Assembly: GCA_963707505.1 (NCBI GenBank) | Contig: CAVPQB010000003.1 | Location: 256,001-320,000 of the forward strand | Length of the DNA: 64,000 nucleotides | Reading direction: 5' to 3' | Source: an uncultured Gemmatimonadales bacterium | GTDB lineage: Bacteria; Gemmatimonadota; Gemmatimonadetes; Gemmatimonadales; Gemmatimonadaceae | In this document: positions 30,742-41,076 of the stretch, in pieces | Position numbering within the stretch: the first letter of the stretch is position 1 | How the letters are laid out: each line of letters opens with the position of its first letter | Notes under the pieces: generated by a model | The model's input: the letters and a program-made list of their open reading frames with translations, nothing else | Told to the model about the DNA's origin: nothing | Databases searched by the model: none | Position numbers and translations under genes: made by a program

Positions 30742-31419
30742 CTAATGTATATGGATTTTCGAACGATCGTTCGACCGAGCACGGGAGAGAAGCGCACGCA
30801 CTTCATCATCGCTCGTCTGGTCGAACACGGCGTACCAGAGTCCGACGGCTTGAAATGGTTCCGGGGTCACCAGACAAACAACTTCATCGGCCGAATGATC
30901 ACCTTCGCGAAACGATCTGCAGGTTTCGGCCGCAGCCACAGGAACCGCGACCACGATGCGCTGGGGCTCTTCACGTCTGAGAGCAAGCACTGCTGCGCGC
31001 ATGGTCGATCCCGTTGCAAGCCCGTCGTCGACGACTATCACGATGCAGCCGCGAATGTCGATGTCGGGTCTGTCGCCGCGATAGGCAAATTCGCGACGCT
31101 CGAGCTCATGCTGCTCCCGCGCGATGACCGAATCGACCGAACGCCGGTCCACACCAAGAGTGCGAATCACGTTATCGTCGAGCACGACTACACCGTCGCT
31201 GGCGATCGCACCCATTGCGAACTCTTCGTGGCCGGGCAGGCCGAGTTTGCGCACCAGAAATACATCGAGCGGTGCACCGAGCGCACGTGCAACTTCGTAC
31301 CCTACGGGCACTCCGCCGCGCGGGAGTGCAAGCACACGAACGTCCGAACGTCCAGCATACTCGTGCAGCGCTGCAGCGAGCTTGCGTCCAGCGTCGGCGC
31401 GGTCGTGAAACGGGGGCAT
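30742..31419 (-). CDS. Phosphoribosyltransferase family protein
   Basis: F.DRADAGR.L, LALPRGGVPV, VRKLG.PGHEE.AMGA, VVDDGLATGSTM, AVG.WY..F.Q.SD.EV. Confidence 0.92.
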   Translation of the reverse strand: MPPFHDRADAGRKLAAALHEYAGRSDVRVLALPRGGVPVGYEVARALGAPLDVFLVRKLGLPGHEEFAMGAIASDGVVVLDDNVIRTLGVDRRSVDSVIAREQHELERREFAYRGDRPDIDIRGCIVIVVDDGLATGSTMRAAVLALRREEPQRIVVAVPVAAAETCRSFREGDHSADEVVCLVTPEPFQAVGLWYAVFDQTSDDEVRALLSRARSNDRSKIHIH

Positions 31420-31423
31420 CACA

Positions 31424-31795
31424 TCACCGCTTACCCGAGCGATGGGTGGGATCGTTGCCGGCGCGGCGCGCCGAACGTGTCCGGTCCTGATGTGCACTGC
31501 GCTGCACGGCCGCGCGGATGTGCTCGTCTTCCTTGCTGGCCGCCTTTGCACGCGGCGAGAAAAGCTCGTTCGCCTGCGGCTCCGTCGATGGTCCTCCCGG
31601 CCCCGCTTCATCTTTCGCTATCTCGCGCGGAGTCCGATGACTGCTCGACGGATGCGATTCTGCCTCCGCCGGTGACCCTGCGGATGGAGCGGTTGCGGGC
31701 GGAGCGGTTGCGGGCGGCGACGCTGGCACAGGTCGCGCCGGCGTCCGAGATGCGGCTGGAGTATTCGGGGGCCTGGTCTGTTTGGAATCAGCCAT
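31424..31795 (-). CDS. Hypothetical Pro/Ala/Ser-rich disordered protein
   Basis: GGAG RBS, 123 aa, PATAP duplication; stop abuts the PRTase start. Confidence 0.6.
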   Translation of the reverse strand: MADSKQTRPPNTPAASRTPARPVPASPPATAPPATAPSAGSPAEAESHPSSSHRTPREIAKDEAGPGGPSTEPQANELFSPRAKAASKEDEHIRAAVQRSAHQDRTRSARRAGNDPTHRSGKR

Positions 31796-31846
31796 TCGTT
31801 CTCCGGTAGCTGGTGCACGTTCGACACGTTGCACCAGTGAGAGAGC

Positions 31847-31861
31847 GCAGGTATCGCGCCG
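31847..31861 (-). promoter_or_regulatory. Putative sigma54 promoter
   Basis: CGGCGCGATACCTGC (GG-N10-GC), about 52 nt upstream of ATG 31795. Confidence 0.4.
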
Positions 31862-31971
31862 CGACAGTTCGGAACGGCTGATGATCGCGTGCGATGCTAC
31901 CGGTGTCGTGCCCGTTCGACTCCAGGGTTGGTGCGATCGGGGGCAACCGAAGCAGCGCGGCCGTGCCGCCG

Positions 31972-32874
31972 TCAATCCTCGAATGCTTCGTGCTGGCGTT
32001 TGCGCATGTGGCGAAGCTCGTAGACCTGCGCCACCTCGCCGCCCAGTATGAAAACCATCGACGCGTAATACACCCACAACACGACTATCACGAGCGCCGC
32101 GATGGTGCCGGTGTACAGCGAGCCTGGCTTGAACGAGGTGACGTAGTACGCGAACGCAGATTTGGCGATCTCGAACATCACGCCGGTAAACGTGCAGGCG
32201 ATCAACGCGGTCTGCCAGCGCATCTTCTTGTACGGAAGATATTTGTAGAGGCCGAAGAACAGCGCCGCTATGAACACGAACGCCACGATTCGTCCGATCG
32301 TGTATTCAAGCGTGCCCATCACGTCCTGACGAATGCCGAGCGCCGCCAGCACGGCGACACCGCGCGACGAGGCTATCGCGATGTACGCGGACAGTCCTGT
32401 ATATGCGACGAACAGGAGCGACGACACGACGGTAACCTTCACGTCATACACCTTGCCGTCGATGATGCCGCGGTCCACCTCGATGTCGAATATCGCGTTG
32501 AGGATCGAGCGCAACGATCCGAACAGTCGTGTGGAGAACCAGATGAATCCGATCGCGGAGTACAGGCCTACTGCGCCGCGCGCTGCAATGATCTTTGCAA
32601 CCACGCTCGTCACGGGGTCGCTCGTACTCGGTGGCAGGAAGCGATTGACGAGAGCAACAATCTCGTCCGTCGCGGCAAGCGTGGACTGATTCAGCAGATA
32701 CGTAAGCGATGTGGCGAACAGCAGCAGGAATGGAACGATCGCGATCAGAATGTTGAACGAGATTCCGCCCGCGAGAAAAAAAATGTTATCATCGCCGCTA
32801 TTGTCCCACACGCGCCGCACGTAGTCAGCGAAGCCTACCCAGAATCGCTTGAGCCACGGGCGCTCCTGGCCCAC
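31972..32874 (-). CDS. YihY/virulence factor BrkB family membrane protein
   Basis: FLAGGISF..L.AIVPFLL, LYKYLP, FEIAK..FAYYV, LWVYYAS..FILGGEV. GTG start after AAGG. Confidence 0.9.
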   Translation of the reverse strand: MGQERPWLKRFWVGFADYVRRVWDNSGDDNIFFLAGGISFNILIAIVPFLLLFATSLTYLLNQSTLAATDEIVALVNRFLPPSTSDPVTSVVAKIIAARGAVGLYSAIGFIWFSTRLFGSLRSILNAIFDIEVDRGIIDGKVYDVKVTVVSSLLFVAYTGLSAYIAIASSRGVAVLAALGIRQDVMGTLEYTIGRIVAFVFIAALFFGLYKYLPYKKMRWQTALIACTFTGVMFEIAKSAFAYYVTSFKPGSLYTGTIAALVIVVLWVYYASMVFILGGEVAQVYELRHMRKRQHEAFED

Positions 32875-32884
32875 GGGATCGACC

Positions 32885-33289
32885 TTACAGGCTGTTCGCT
32901 TCGCGCCGCGCCGCCTTGTTCTCGGCGATTCGGCGCTCGAGATCAGAACGCGCTTCGCTCGCGGCATAGCGGCCCGCATCAACTGCGTCGAGGACCTGAT
33001 CCTGTCCGCGACGGACGGCCCTGCGGGCTGCACCGACGCGCTCGGTGACACGATCGCGCACCCCGTTCACCTGTGACGTCACGTTGTCGGCGACGTCAGT
33101 TGCGACGTTGCGCACGCGGTCACCTGCGCGCCGCGCGCGCGATTCGATCATGCGCCTGGTATCGGCGCCACTGCGAGGTGCCAGCAACAGCGCGATTCCA
33201 GCGCCGATCGCAACACCGATCAGGAGCGTCCCGATGCCGGGTTCGTCTCGCTCGATCACTACGAAGGGCTCACGTTCGAAGTCACGCAT
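32885..33289 (-). CDS. YtxH domain protein
   Basis: LLIGVAIGAGIALLLAPRSGADTR followed by an amphipathic helical region. Confidence 0.88.
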   Translation of the reverse strand: MRDFEREPFVVIERDEPGIGTLLIGVAIGAGIALLLAPRSGADTRRMIESRARRAGDRVRNVATDVADNVTSQVNGVRDRVTERVGAARRAVRRGQDQVLDAVDAGRYAASEARSDLERRIAENKAARREANSL

Positions 33290-33291
33290 GA

Positions 33292-34606
33292 TTACCTCTT
33301 CCCTGTGCGGGTCGTTTTGGATTTCGGTTTTGCGGCGGTCTTGCCGGCCGATGTCTTCTTTGGCGCGGCCTTCTCGATCGCAGGAGCTGGTGCAGCAACC
33401 GCCGCCGCGGCGAGGCGAAGATGTCGAGGCATTATGTCCTGCGCGGTCACGATCGTCCCGCGCGCCATGATCACCGCCCGCTCGACTGCATTCTTCAGCT
33501 CACGAACGTTACCGGGCCAGTGGTACGCGTGAATCCACGCCCACGCATCCTCGTCGAAACCGTTGAGTTGCTTGCTGTTCTGCCGCGAGAAGCGCAGCAG
33601 GAATTCGTTCGCGAGAAGCTGGATGTCGCTCACCCGCTCGCGCAGCGCGGGCAGAAACAGCTCGACCACTGCCAGACGATAGTAAAGATCCTCGCGCAAC
33701 TCGCCGTCTTCGAGCGCCTTCTGCAGATCCATGTTGGTCGCGGCAACTATCCGGATGTCGACCGCGATCTCCTTCTTGCCGCCCAGTCTGCGCACGCTGC
33801 GGCTCTCGATGGCGCGCAGCAGCTTCACCTGGATGTCGGTGGGCATCTCAGCGACTTCGTCGAGGAATATCGTGCCGCCGTCGGCCATCTCGAATGCGCC
33901 GGGCTTTTCGTTGATCGAGCCGGTGAAGGCGCCCTTTTCATGCCCGAATAATTCATTCTCGAGAATGTCCTTGGGCAGTGCCGCGCAGTTGAGCGCAAAG
34001 AACGGACCCTTGGCACGGTCGCTCTTGGAATGCACCGCGCGAGCGACCAGCTCCTTGCCCGTACCGGATTCACCGAGGATCAGTACCGATGCGCTCGATG
34101 GCGCAACCGCATCGATGATCTGGTAAACTCCACGCATCTCTTCGGACTGGCCGGTCAGCTCACCGTAGTGCGTGAGCGTCTCGAGCTTGGATGCAAGCTC
34201 GCGGTTTTTCTGGCCGATGGCGTACTTCTCCAGCGCTTTTGGAATGAGCGCCTTGAGGCGGTTCAGCTTCTCCGAATTGAGCGGCTTCTCGATGTAGTCG
34301 TATGCACCCTCGCGCATCGCCTGAACCGCGGAGTCGACGGTCGCCTGCCCCGTGATGATGATGCACTCCGTCGGAATGCTCTTGTCCTGAAGAGCCTTGC
34401 AGCAACGAGAGGCCGTCAACCCTGGGCATCATCAGATCAGCGAGGACTACACCGTAATCGCCGCCCTGAAGCTCATCCAGCGCCTTCTGGCCATCGGCGC
34501 AGATCGACACGTCGTATCCCTCGTCGGAAAGGATCGCGCTCAGGCCCTGTGTTATCGCCTGCTCATCGTCGGCGACCATGATTCTGGGCTTCGTGCTAGC
34601 TGCCAT
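33292..34606 (-). CDS. REC-AAA+ sigma54 activator lacking the C-terminal HTH (one frameshift near 34399)
   Basis: REC (VADDE, DLMMP, ITG, YIEKP), GESGTGKE, ELFGHEKGAFTGS, FLDEV, LREDLYYRL, WPGNVREL, then a Lys/Ala/Pro tail. Confidence 0.92.
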
Positions 34607-34620
34607 GCGTTGGTGTGTTC

Positions 34621-34911
34621 TCAGGAATGTGGATTGGGATCGGCCGGAGCAGACCCAGCGGAACGCGCACTGCGGTGCGACCCCGCAGCTTCCGCAACAT
34701 CAGCGACAAGATCAGCATAACGCTTGTGCAGTCGTGTAGCAGTGTCGAGCTGTTGCACGGCTGTTTCAATAAACGGTGCTACCTGCGTGACATCGGCGCC
34801 GCGCTCGACGCGGCTGCGCGCAACCTCGAGGTTGACAGCTACCCCGTTCAGCGCGTTCCGGACATCGTGGGCCAACTGTCTGAGCTCGGCCGCGGTATCA
34901 CGCTCATTCAC
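34621..34911 (-). CDS. Stand-alone HisKA/DHp-like protein
   Basis: 96 aa with an H-box LAHDVRNALNGV and a second helix. No sensor or HATPase domain, and 6 and 14 nt gaps to the neighbours. Confidence 0.75.
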   Translation of the reverse strand: MNERDTAAELRQLAHDVRNALNGVAVNLEVARSRVERGADVTQVAPFIETAVQQLDTATRLHKRYADLVADVAEAAGSHRSARSAGSAPADPNPHS

Positions 34912-34917
34912 AAAAAC

Positions 34918-36333
34918 TCAATCACTCAGATCCGCGTCGTCAGGTGCCGCTTCGACTACAGCAAGGTCGGGGTGCGGCATCGGACGATGTTGTGCGGGAG
35001 TATGAACGTACTTCGCGACCAGCCCACGCGTGTCGTGGATGTTCAGCTGCCTGAAAAGGAACCCGAACTTCTCGTCGTACGCCTTCGCCATCGCCTCCTT
35101 CACGTCGGCAGGCATGTCCCAGATCTTACGCTTGAACGGACCGAGCGCTTTCTTGCGGGTCTTGTAATAGAATTGCTCGTCCGTGTCCGTGGGCTTGCGC
35201 TCGTCCTTCGTGTTCACGTCCAGCCACGCGTAGATCTCCTTGCGCAGTGATTCGTGCATGTGGTCGAACAACATGTTCTGAAAATTCGTCGCGAGGTGAA
35301 TCTCGCAAGTGCCGGTACCCGGGAACTTGTGGAACAGCTCGTCCGGAAGCGTCGAGGCGCCGTGTTGCACTGCACCCGCGAGACCGTATTCCTTGCGCGC
35401 GATATCGGACAACGTGGTGAGCGTGCCGAAGTCGATCGCGACTTCCTTGATCGATCCGTCGGGAAGCACTATGCCACCGTGCGAGGTACCCGACTGCACG
35501 CTGACCTTGGACAGACCTTCTGTGCCGGGTGTTTCGCGACCAAGAAGGCTGTTGAAGCCATCCATGTAGGCACGCAGCTCTTCGGGTGTCGAGTTCTCGG
35601 TTCCGACTTCGCCGATCTCGCCGCCGAGTGAGATGGTGATGCCTGCTGGCTGAAGACCGCGAATGAAGGCAGCGATGTCCGCGCACTGCTCGACGTTGGT
35701 GCGCTGTTGCTCTGCGAGCGTCGGCCTGGAGAGATCGACGAGCGTGGATGTGTCGATATCGATATTGTAGAAGCCCGCTGCGACCGCTTCCACCGCGAGT
35801 TGCTTGACCGCGCCAGCTTCCTGATCCGGACTCGTCGCGAACTTCTTCGCGCTGATCTGAAAATGGTCGCCCTGAATGAAGAGCGGGCCGCGGAAGCCCT
35901 CGCGAATCGCGGCCGCAAGCATTACCGAGGCATACTCGCCCGGCCGCTGATCGGTGTAGGCAATCTCGGAGCGCGCGATCTCGAGCACGAACGCGCCTGC
36001 GTTCAGCTTGTTCGCCGCACGAAATACCGCGCGCGCCGTGTCGTACGCCATTCCGCGCACGTTGATCGCCGGAACGGTGACATCGTCGTACGCACCCTTG
36101 CCGCGCGCGATGTAAAGGTCGTGGATCGACGCGGGATGAATGCCGACAGCCTGCGCTATCTCCCAGATCAGCCAACGCGCGTCAGCCTTCTGGTCCTCGT
36201 CGCCGAATACCGCCTGGCGAACGAGCGTATCCATGTACGGCCCGGCGACGCGCGACGCATCGGCGACAGAAAGGGCACCATCGTTGACGGTGACCGCACC
36301 TTCGAACAACTGTTCGGTTTTCGTCTGAGTCAT
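34918..36333 (-). CDS. Class II fructose-bisphosphate aldolase family protein
   Basis: VPAINVR, QGDH, DIDTS, GEIGEVG, GTSHGG, VQHGAS; directly after pgi. Confidence 0.88.
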   Translation of the reverse strand: MTQTKTEQLFEGAVTVNDGALSVADASRVAGPYMDTLVRQAVFGDEDQKADARWLIWEIAQAVGIHPASIHDLYIARGKGAYDDVTVPAINVRGMAYDTARAVFRAANKLNAGAFVLEIARSEIAYTDQRPGEYASVMLAAAIREGFRGPLFIQGDHFQISAKKFATSPDQEAGAVKQLAVEAVAAGFYNIDIDTSTLVDLSRPTLAEQQRTNVEQCADIAAFIRGLQPAGITISLGGEIGEVGTENSTPEELRAYMDGFNSLLGRETPGTEGLSKVSVQSGTSHGGIVLPDGSIKEVAIDFGTLTTLSDIARKEYGLAGAVQHGASTLPDELFHKFPGTGTCEIHLATNFQNMLFDHMHESLRKEIYAWLDVNTKDERKPTDTDEQFYYKTRKKALGPFKRKIWDMPADVKEAMAKAYDEKFGFLFRQLNIHDTRGLVAKYVHTPAQHRPMPHPDLAVVEAAPDDADLSD

Positions 36334-36341
36334 GGTTGAAT

Positions 36342-37727
36342 TTAGCGTCCCTGCGACCAGCGCGGGTCGGGCTTGGGGAGGGCGTCCCACTGGGCCTTTG
36401 CGGCCTCGGCGCCAGGCCTGCCCAGCAGCGCATACGCGAATTGCTTGCCCAACTCGACGCCGGGCTGGTTGAATGCGTTGACTCCGTACATCTGGCCCGC
36501 GTAGGCGGTGGCGAGCTCGAACATCATCATGAGCGCGCCAACGCCGCGAGCATCGACCTTCTCCATTCGGACCGTGAGATTGCTCCGGCCGCGTTTGGCC
36601 AGCGCGCCAGCCGTGGCTCGCTGTTCGATGTTGAGGAGTTCGCCCAGCGTGTGGCCGCCGAGGTAGCCAAGCTCGGTGACGTGCTCGAACGCGGATGGGA
36701 TAACGATGTCGGTCCCGTGATCTTCGACGGCGATGAATGCGATCACCTTGTTGGCCGGTCCTTCCATGAACGATTGAACCTGGCTGTGCTGATCGGTCGA
36801 ACCGAGCGCTGGGAGCGGCGTGCTTCCAACTGATTTCCCGTCCCCGCGATGCTTGCCGAGTGATTCTGCCCAGAGCTGCACGAACCACGCGGCGAAATCC
36901 CGCAATGGATCCGCATAGGGCATGAGCACATCGACTACGCGCCCGTGACGTACGTCGCTCATGTAGAAGAGAGAGCCGATTATTCCCGCGGGATTGTCCA
37001 TCAGGTCAGTCGTCGCGCACCTGTCGAGCATCTCGCCGGCGCCCACGAGGAGGTCCGCAACGTTTATTCCGAGCAACGCCGCCGGAAGCGTTCCCACCGG
37101 AGTGAGCACGCTGTAACGCCCTCCCACTCCGGGCGGAATGTCAAGCGCCGGGACACCGAGCTCGCCTGCGAGTGGTCTCAAAGCGCCGGTCTTGGGATCG
37201 GTGACGAAAACGAAGTGATCCGCCACCTTGAGGCCGGCGTTCGTCACGCGCTCATGAGCGATGAGAAACTGCGACATCGTTTCTGCAGTGCCACCGGATT
37301 TCGAAGTGACGATGAACAGCGTGCGCTCCAATGCGAGCCTGTCGAGCAATGCCGCAATCGTCACCGGATCGATGTTGTCGAGCACGTGCAGGCGCGGATG
37401 GCCCGATCGTTCGTCGCCAGATAGCTCGTTCCAGCCAGAGCTGCACAGAGCGGTCTTGAGCGCGATCGGACCGAGCGCGGATCCACCGATTCCGAGTATG
37501 ATCGCGTCATCGTAGCGCCCGCGACTGCGTCCTGCAAAATCGATTGCCTGTTGCAGCAGCGGGGCATTGCGCGGCAGATTCATGAAATCGGCGACGCCAT
37601 CGCTCCGCAGCGTTTCGACTCCCTTGTGAACAGTGGCGAATGCGCCGTACGCCTCGTCCCATTCCTCGTCCGTCACGCCGTTATCGACGGCGCTTGCCAT
37701 CATGTTGGTAAAGTCGATCGAAATCAT
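36342..37727 (-). CDS. pgi: Glucose-6-phosphate isomerase
   Basis: GIGGSALG, SKSGGTAET, VGGRYSV, QLWAESLGK, DQHS, FNQPGVE.GK. Confidence 0.96.
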   Translation of the reverse strand: MISIDFTNMMASAVDNGVTDEEWDEAYGAFATVHKGVETLRSDGVADFMNLPRNAPLLQQAIDFAGRSRGRYDDAIILGIGGSALGPIALKTALCSSGWNELSGDERSGHPRLHVLDNIDPVTIAALLDRLALERTLFIVTSKSGGTAETMSQFLIAHERVTNAGLKVADHFVFVTDPKTGALRPLAGELGVPALDIPPGVGGRYSVLTPVGTLPAALLGINVADLLVGAGEMLDRCATTDLMDNPAGIIGSLFYMSDVRHGRVVDVLMPYADPLRDFAAWFVQLWAESLGKHRGDGKSVGSTPLPALGSTDQHSQVQSFMEGPANKVIAFIAVEDHGTDIVIPSAFEHVTELGYLGGHTLGELLNIEQRATAGALAKRGRSNLTVRMEKVDARGVGALMMMFELATAYAGQMYGVNAFNQPGVELGKQFAYALLGRPGAEAAKAQWDALPKPDPRWSQGR

Positions 37728-38500
37728 ATCCGTACCGTCAATCCGTCGAAAGCTGGTTGGATGTCGCGCGGCAGCTCTGCCTCGAGATCGGCGTGAAAGT
37801 TGTCGTGTGTGAGATGAGTCAGGTACGTGCGCTCGGCGCCCAGCTCCCTTGCCGCACTGATCGCTTCAGGCAGGCTCAGGTGGCTCGGATGGTCGGTTCG
37901 GAACAACGCGTTGATGACAAGCACCTTCGCTCCACGGAGTATTGCGGCGGCTTCGGGTGGGATGCTCTTGGCGTCGGTCACGTATGCCAGATCGCCGATA
38001 CGGTATGCAAAAACCGTGACAAGGCCGTGCGGCACAGCGACGGGCGTGACGACGGCGTCGCCGATCGATACGGGTACACCCGGAACAAGTGCTTCAGCCC
38101 GCCCTTCCGGCTTGCTCGTGCCAGGCAACACGCGCATGCTCTCATCGAATATGTACGGAAAGCGCTGGCGCAGGCTGTCGAGTGTCGTGGGCGGTCCGTA
38201 CATCGTCAGTGGCGCAGCCCGGCGATTCGTGATCGCACGAATATCGTCCAAACCGTGCGTGTGATCGGCGTGCTCATGCGTGAATAGAACCGCGTCCACG
38301 CGATCGATGCCGTTTGCGATCAGTTGGAGTCGGAGCTCGGGTGGCGTGTCGATCAGCAGTCGCGTTCCGCCGTTGGTCTCGACCAGCGCCCCTACCCTGC
38401 CGCGCTTGTCGCGCGGATCGGGCGATCTGCACACGGCGCAGCCGCAGCCGATCTGGGGCACGCCGAAGCTCGTGCCGGTGCCGAGGAAGGTGAGCTTCAC
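37724..38500 (-). CDS. Metallo-beta-lactamase fold hydrolase (PhnP/Lip-like)
   Basis: LGTGTS.GVP..GC.C.VC, THEHADH, YVTD, THLTH. Confidence 0.9.
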   Translation of the reverse strand: MKLTFLGTGTSFGVPQIGCGCAVCRSPDPRDKRGRVGALVETNGGTRLLIDTPPELRLQLIANGIDRVDAVLFTHEHADHTHGLDDIRAITNRRAAPLTMYGPPTTLDSLRQRFPYIFDESMRVLPGTSKPEGRAEALVPGVPVSIGDAVVTPVAVPHGLVTVFAYRIGDLAYVTDAKSIPPEAAAILRGAKVLVINALFRTDHPSHLSLPEAISAARELGAERTYLTHLTHDNFHADLEAELPRDIQPAFDGLTVRI

Positions 38501-38554
38501 AACGACGTCACTGGAGCGCTTTGCGCCGCGCTCGGCTCGAGCTCCGGTGTTGAA

Positions 38555-39964
38555 TCACACGACCTCCACTTTGAGCAGATTGGTCGTGCCTGGAATTCCG
38601 AATGGGTGTCCCGCAGTGAAAATCACCCGGTCGCCGGCGGCAGCGAGGTTCAGCTCGCGCACTACCACCTTTCCGACTTCGGCCATCTCGGTGTACGTCG
38701 GGCGCGATTCGGCGACGTGCGGAATCACACCCCACAACAGGGCGAGCTGGTTGCGAGTGCGCGTGTTGTCGGTGAGCGCAAGCACGGGCACGGGCGGGCG
38801 ATGCGACGAGACGATGCGCGCTGAAAAGCCGCTCTTGGTGATGACAACGACGAGTGGCGCGCCGAGCATCCTCACGGCGGCAACGGTCGCAGCCGCGATC
38901 GCGACTTCAGTTGTCACGATTCCTATCTGCCGATTGCGTGAATCGTGGAACTGACGTGAGGGCGGATGTTGCTCGATCTCCGCGATGATGCGACTCATCG
39001 CCTCGACCGCCAGTCGTGGATAACTTCCCGCGGCGGTTTCAGCGGAGAGCATCACGGCATCGGTACCGTCCAGTATTGCGTTCGCCACGTCGCTCGCCTC
39101 GGCACGAGTGGGGCGAGGGTTCGTCACCATCGACTCCAGCATCTGCGTCGCGGTAATCACCGGACGCCCGATCTGATTCGCGAGCGCGATGATCTTCTTC
39201 TGCGCGACGGGCACCTCTTCGAACGGCAGCTCGACGCCAAGATCGCCGCGCGCAACCATGACGCCATCCGATGCACGGATGATGGATTCGATGTTGGCGA
39301 GCGCTGCATCCTTCTCGATCTTCGCTACTATGTTCATCCACGGCGGCAACAGCGCACGCAGCGATGTGATGTCCTCGGCGCGACGCACGAAGCTGAGCGC
39401 GAGATAGTCCAGCTCCTGCTCGATCGCGAACGTAACGTCCGCGATGTCCTTCTCCGTCAGCGAGGGAGCGGAGACCTGCACACCGGGCAGATTCAATCCC
39501 TTGTGGCTTCGGAGCACGCCACCGTGAATGACGCGCGCGTGGACGCGCGGCGCCTGCACGTCGAGCGCTACGAGCTCGATCAGCCCATCGTCGACGAGAA
39601 TGCGGTCGCCGACCTTCACATCGTTGGCGAGTTCTGTATACGTGACCGGTATCTCGCCGCCCATCTCCTCGCCTTCATGCACGAGCGTTACATCGTCGCC
39701 CGGCTTGAGCGGGATGCTCAGTGCCAGATCGCCGATGCGGATGCGTGGGCCCTGAAGATCGCCCAGTATCGCGATTGGCTGCCCGAGCTCGTCGGCTATC
39801 CGGCGGACTGTGCGGATGCGCTCGGCGTGATCGGCGTGCGTACCGTGGGAGAAATTCAGGCGCGCGACGTTCATGCCCGCTTCCGCGATCGCCAGGATCG
39901 CGTCGTGCGTTGCAGTCGATGGACCGAGCGTACAGACTATTTTGGTGCGGCGAATATACGGCAT
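38555..39964 (-). CDS. pyk: Pyruvate kinase
   Basis: TKIVCTLGP, ARLNFSHG, DLQGP, AKIE, MVARGDLGVE, ATQMLESM, PTRAE, MLSAET. Confidence 0.97.
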   Translation of the reverse strand: MPYIRRTKIVCTLGPSTATHDAILAIAEAGMNVARLNFSHGTHADHAERIRTVRRIADELGQPIAILGDLQGPRIRIGDLALSIPLKPGDDVTLVHEGEEMGGEIPVTYTELANDVKVGDRILVDDGLIELVALDVQAPRVHARVIHGGVLRSHKGLNLPGVQVSAPSLTEKDIADVTFAIEQELDYLALSFVRRAEDITSLRALLPPWMNIVAKIEKDAALANIESIIRASDGVMVARGDLGVELPFEEVPVAQKKIIALANQIGRPVITATQMLESMVTNPRPTRAEASDVANAILDGTDAVMLSAETAAGSYPRLAVEAMSRIIAEIEQHPPSRQFHDSRNRQIGIVTTEVAIAAATVAAVRMLGAPLVVVITKSGFSARIVSSHRPPVPVLALTDNTRTRNQLALLWGVIPHVAESRPTYTEMAEVGKVVVRELNLAAAGDRVIFTAGHPFGIPGTTNLLKVEVV

Positions 39965-41076
39965 CAGATCTTGCTGGAGTGAAGCTGCGCGACCTTGGCC
40001 TTGATGCCGGCGCTCAGAGTCTCGAACGATTTTTCGAAGCTCGCAATGCCCTCGCGCAAAAGTGTATCGGTCACGTCGTTGAGGCTGACTCCCGCCTGCG
40101 CGATCGCGGCGAGCTCCGCGCGCGCCTGAGCCATGTCGGCATCCACCGTGCGCGCAACTACACCGTGGTCTCGGAAATCCTCGATCGTTTTCGGCGGCAT
40201 GGTGTTCACCGTGTTGGGACCGATCAGATTTTCGACGTAAAGCACGTCACGGTACGCCGGATTCTTGGTACTCGTGCTGGCCCACAGTGGGCGCTGCACG
40301 CGCGCACCCTTTGCCTCGAGCACGTTCCAGCGTGCTCCGCCAAACTTCGTTACGAAAAGCTGATAGGCCATCTTGGCGTTGGCGATGGCGGCCTTCCCCT
40401 CGTACTGGCGCGCGCTTCCGCCGATCGCCTCGAGACGTTTGTCGACCTCGGTATCCACGCGGCTGACGAAGAAGCTCGCTACGGACGCGATCTTATCGAT
40501 TGGCAATCCCTTCGAGACGCGCGCCTCGAGTCCATCGATGTACGCGTCGATCACACGCTCATGCGCCTTGACTGCGAAAAGCAACGTGATGTTGACGTTG
40601 ATGCCGTCGGTGATGAGCTGCCTCACGGCCTTGGCACCCTCCACCGTCCCCGGAACCTTCACGAGCAGATTGGGACGGTTGACCGTCGCCCAGAGCCGGT
40701 GTGCTTCCTCGATTGTTGCTGCCGCATTGTTCGCCAGATCGGCGGAGACTTCAATCGAAACGTAGCCGTCGTCACCATTGGTGCGATGATAGACATCTGC
40801 GAATACGTCACACGCGTCACGGACGTCCTGCGTCTCCACCAGCTCGAACAACTGCTTGGCGTCGAGTGACGCCGGCGCTGCGCGAAGCTGGTCGTCGTAC
40901 GCATTGCCTTCGGCGAGCGCCTTCTGAAAGATGGTTGGATTCGAGGTCATCCCGGTGAGCATGTCGTCCGTGAGGCGGCGCTCAAGGTCACCGTTATGCA
41001 GCATTGTACGATCTATGTAATCGAGCCAGATCGACTGGCCAGCGTCATGTAACGCCTGAAGGCGATGGTTGTCCAT
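39964..41076 (-). CDS. tal: Transaldolase
   Basis: QSIWLD, GMTSNPTIF, VSIEV, VKVP, NITLLF, ASFFVSR, QRPLWAST. Confidence 0.95.
   Translation of the reverse strand: MDNHRLQALHDAGQSIWLDYIDRTMLHNGDLERRLTDDMLTGMTSNPTIFQKALAEGNAYDDQLRAAPASLDAKQLFELVETQDVRDACDVFADVYHRTNGDDGYVSIEVSADLANNAAATIEEAHRLWATVNRPNLLVKVPGTVEGAKAVRQLITDGINVNITLLFAVKAHERVIDAYIDGLEARVSKGLPIDKIASVASFFVSRVDTEVDKRLEAIGGSARQYEGKAAIANAKMAYQLFVTKFGGARWNVLEAKGARVQRPLWASTSTKNPAYRDVLYVENLIGPNTVNTMPPKTIEDFRDHGVVARTVDADMAQARAELAAIAQAGVSLNDVTDTLLREGIASFEKSFETLSAGIKAKVAQLHSSKI

Noticed and set aside
36334..36888. N-terminal extension of the aldolase ORF, suggesting a pgi-fba fusion
   Set aside because: Alternative frame overlapping pgi; pgi has its own stop at 36342 and fba starts at 36333.
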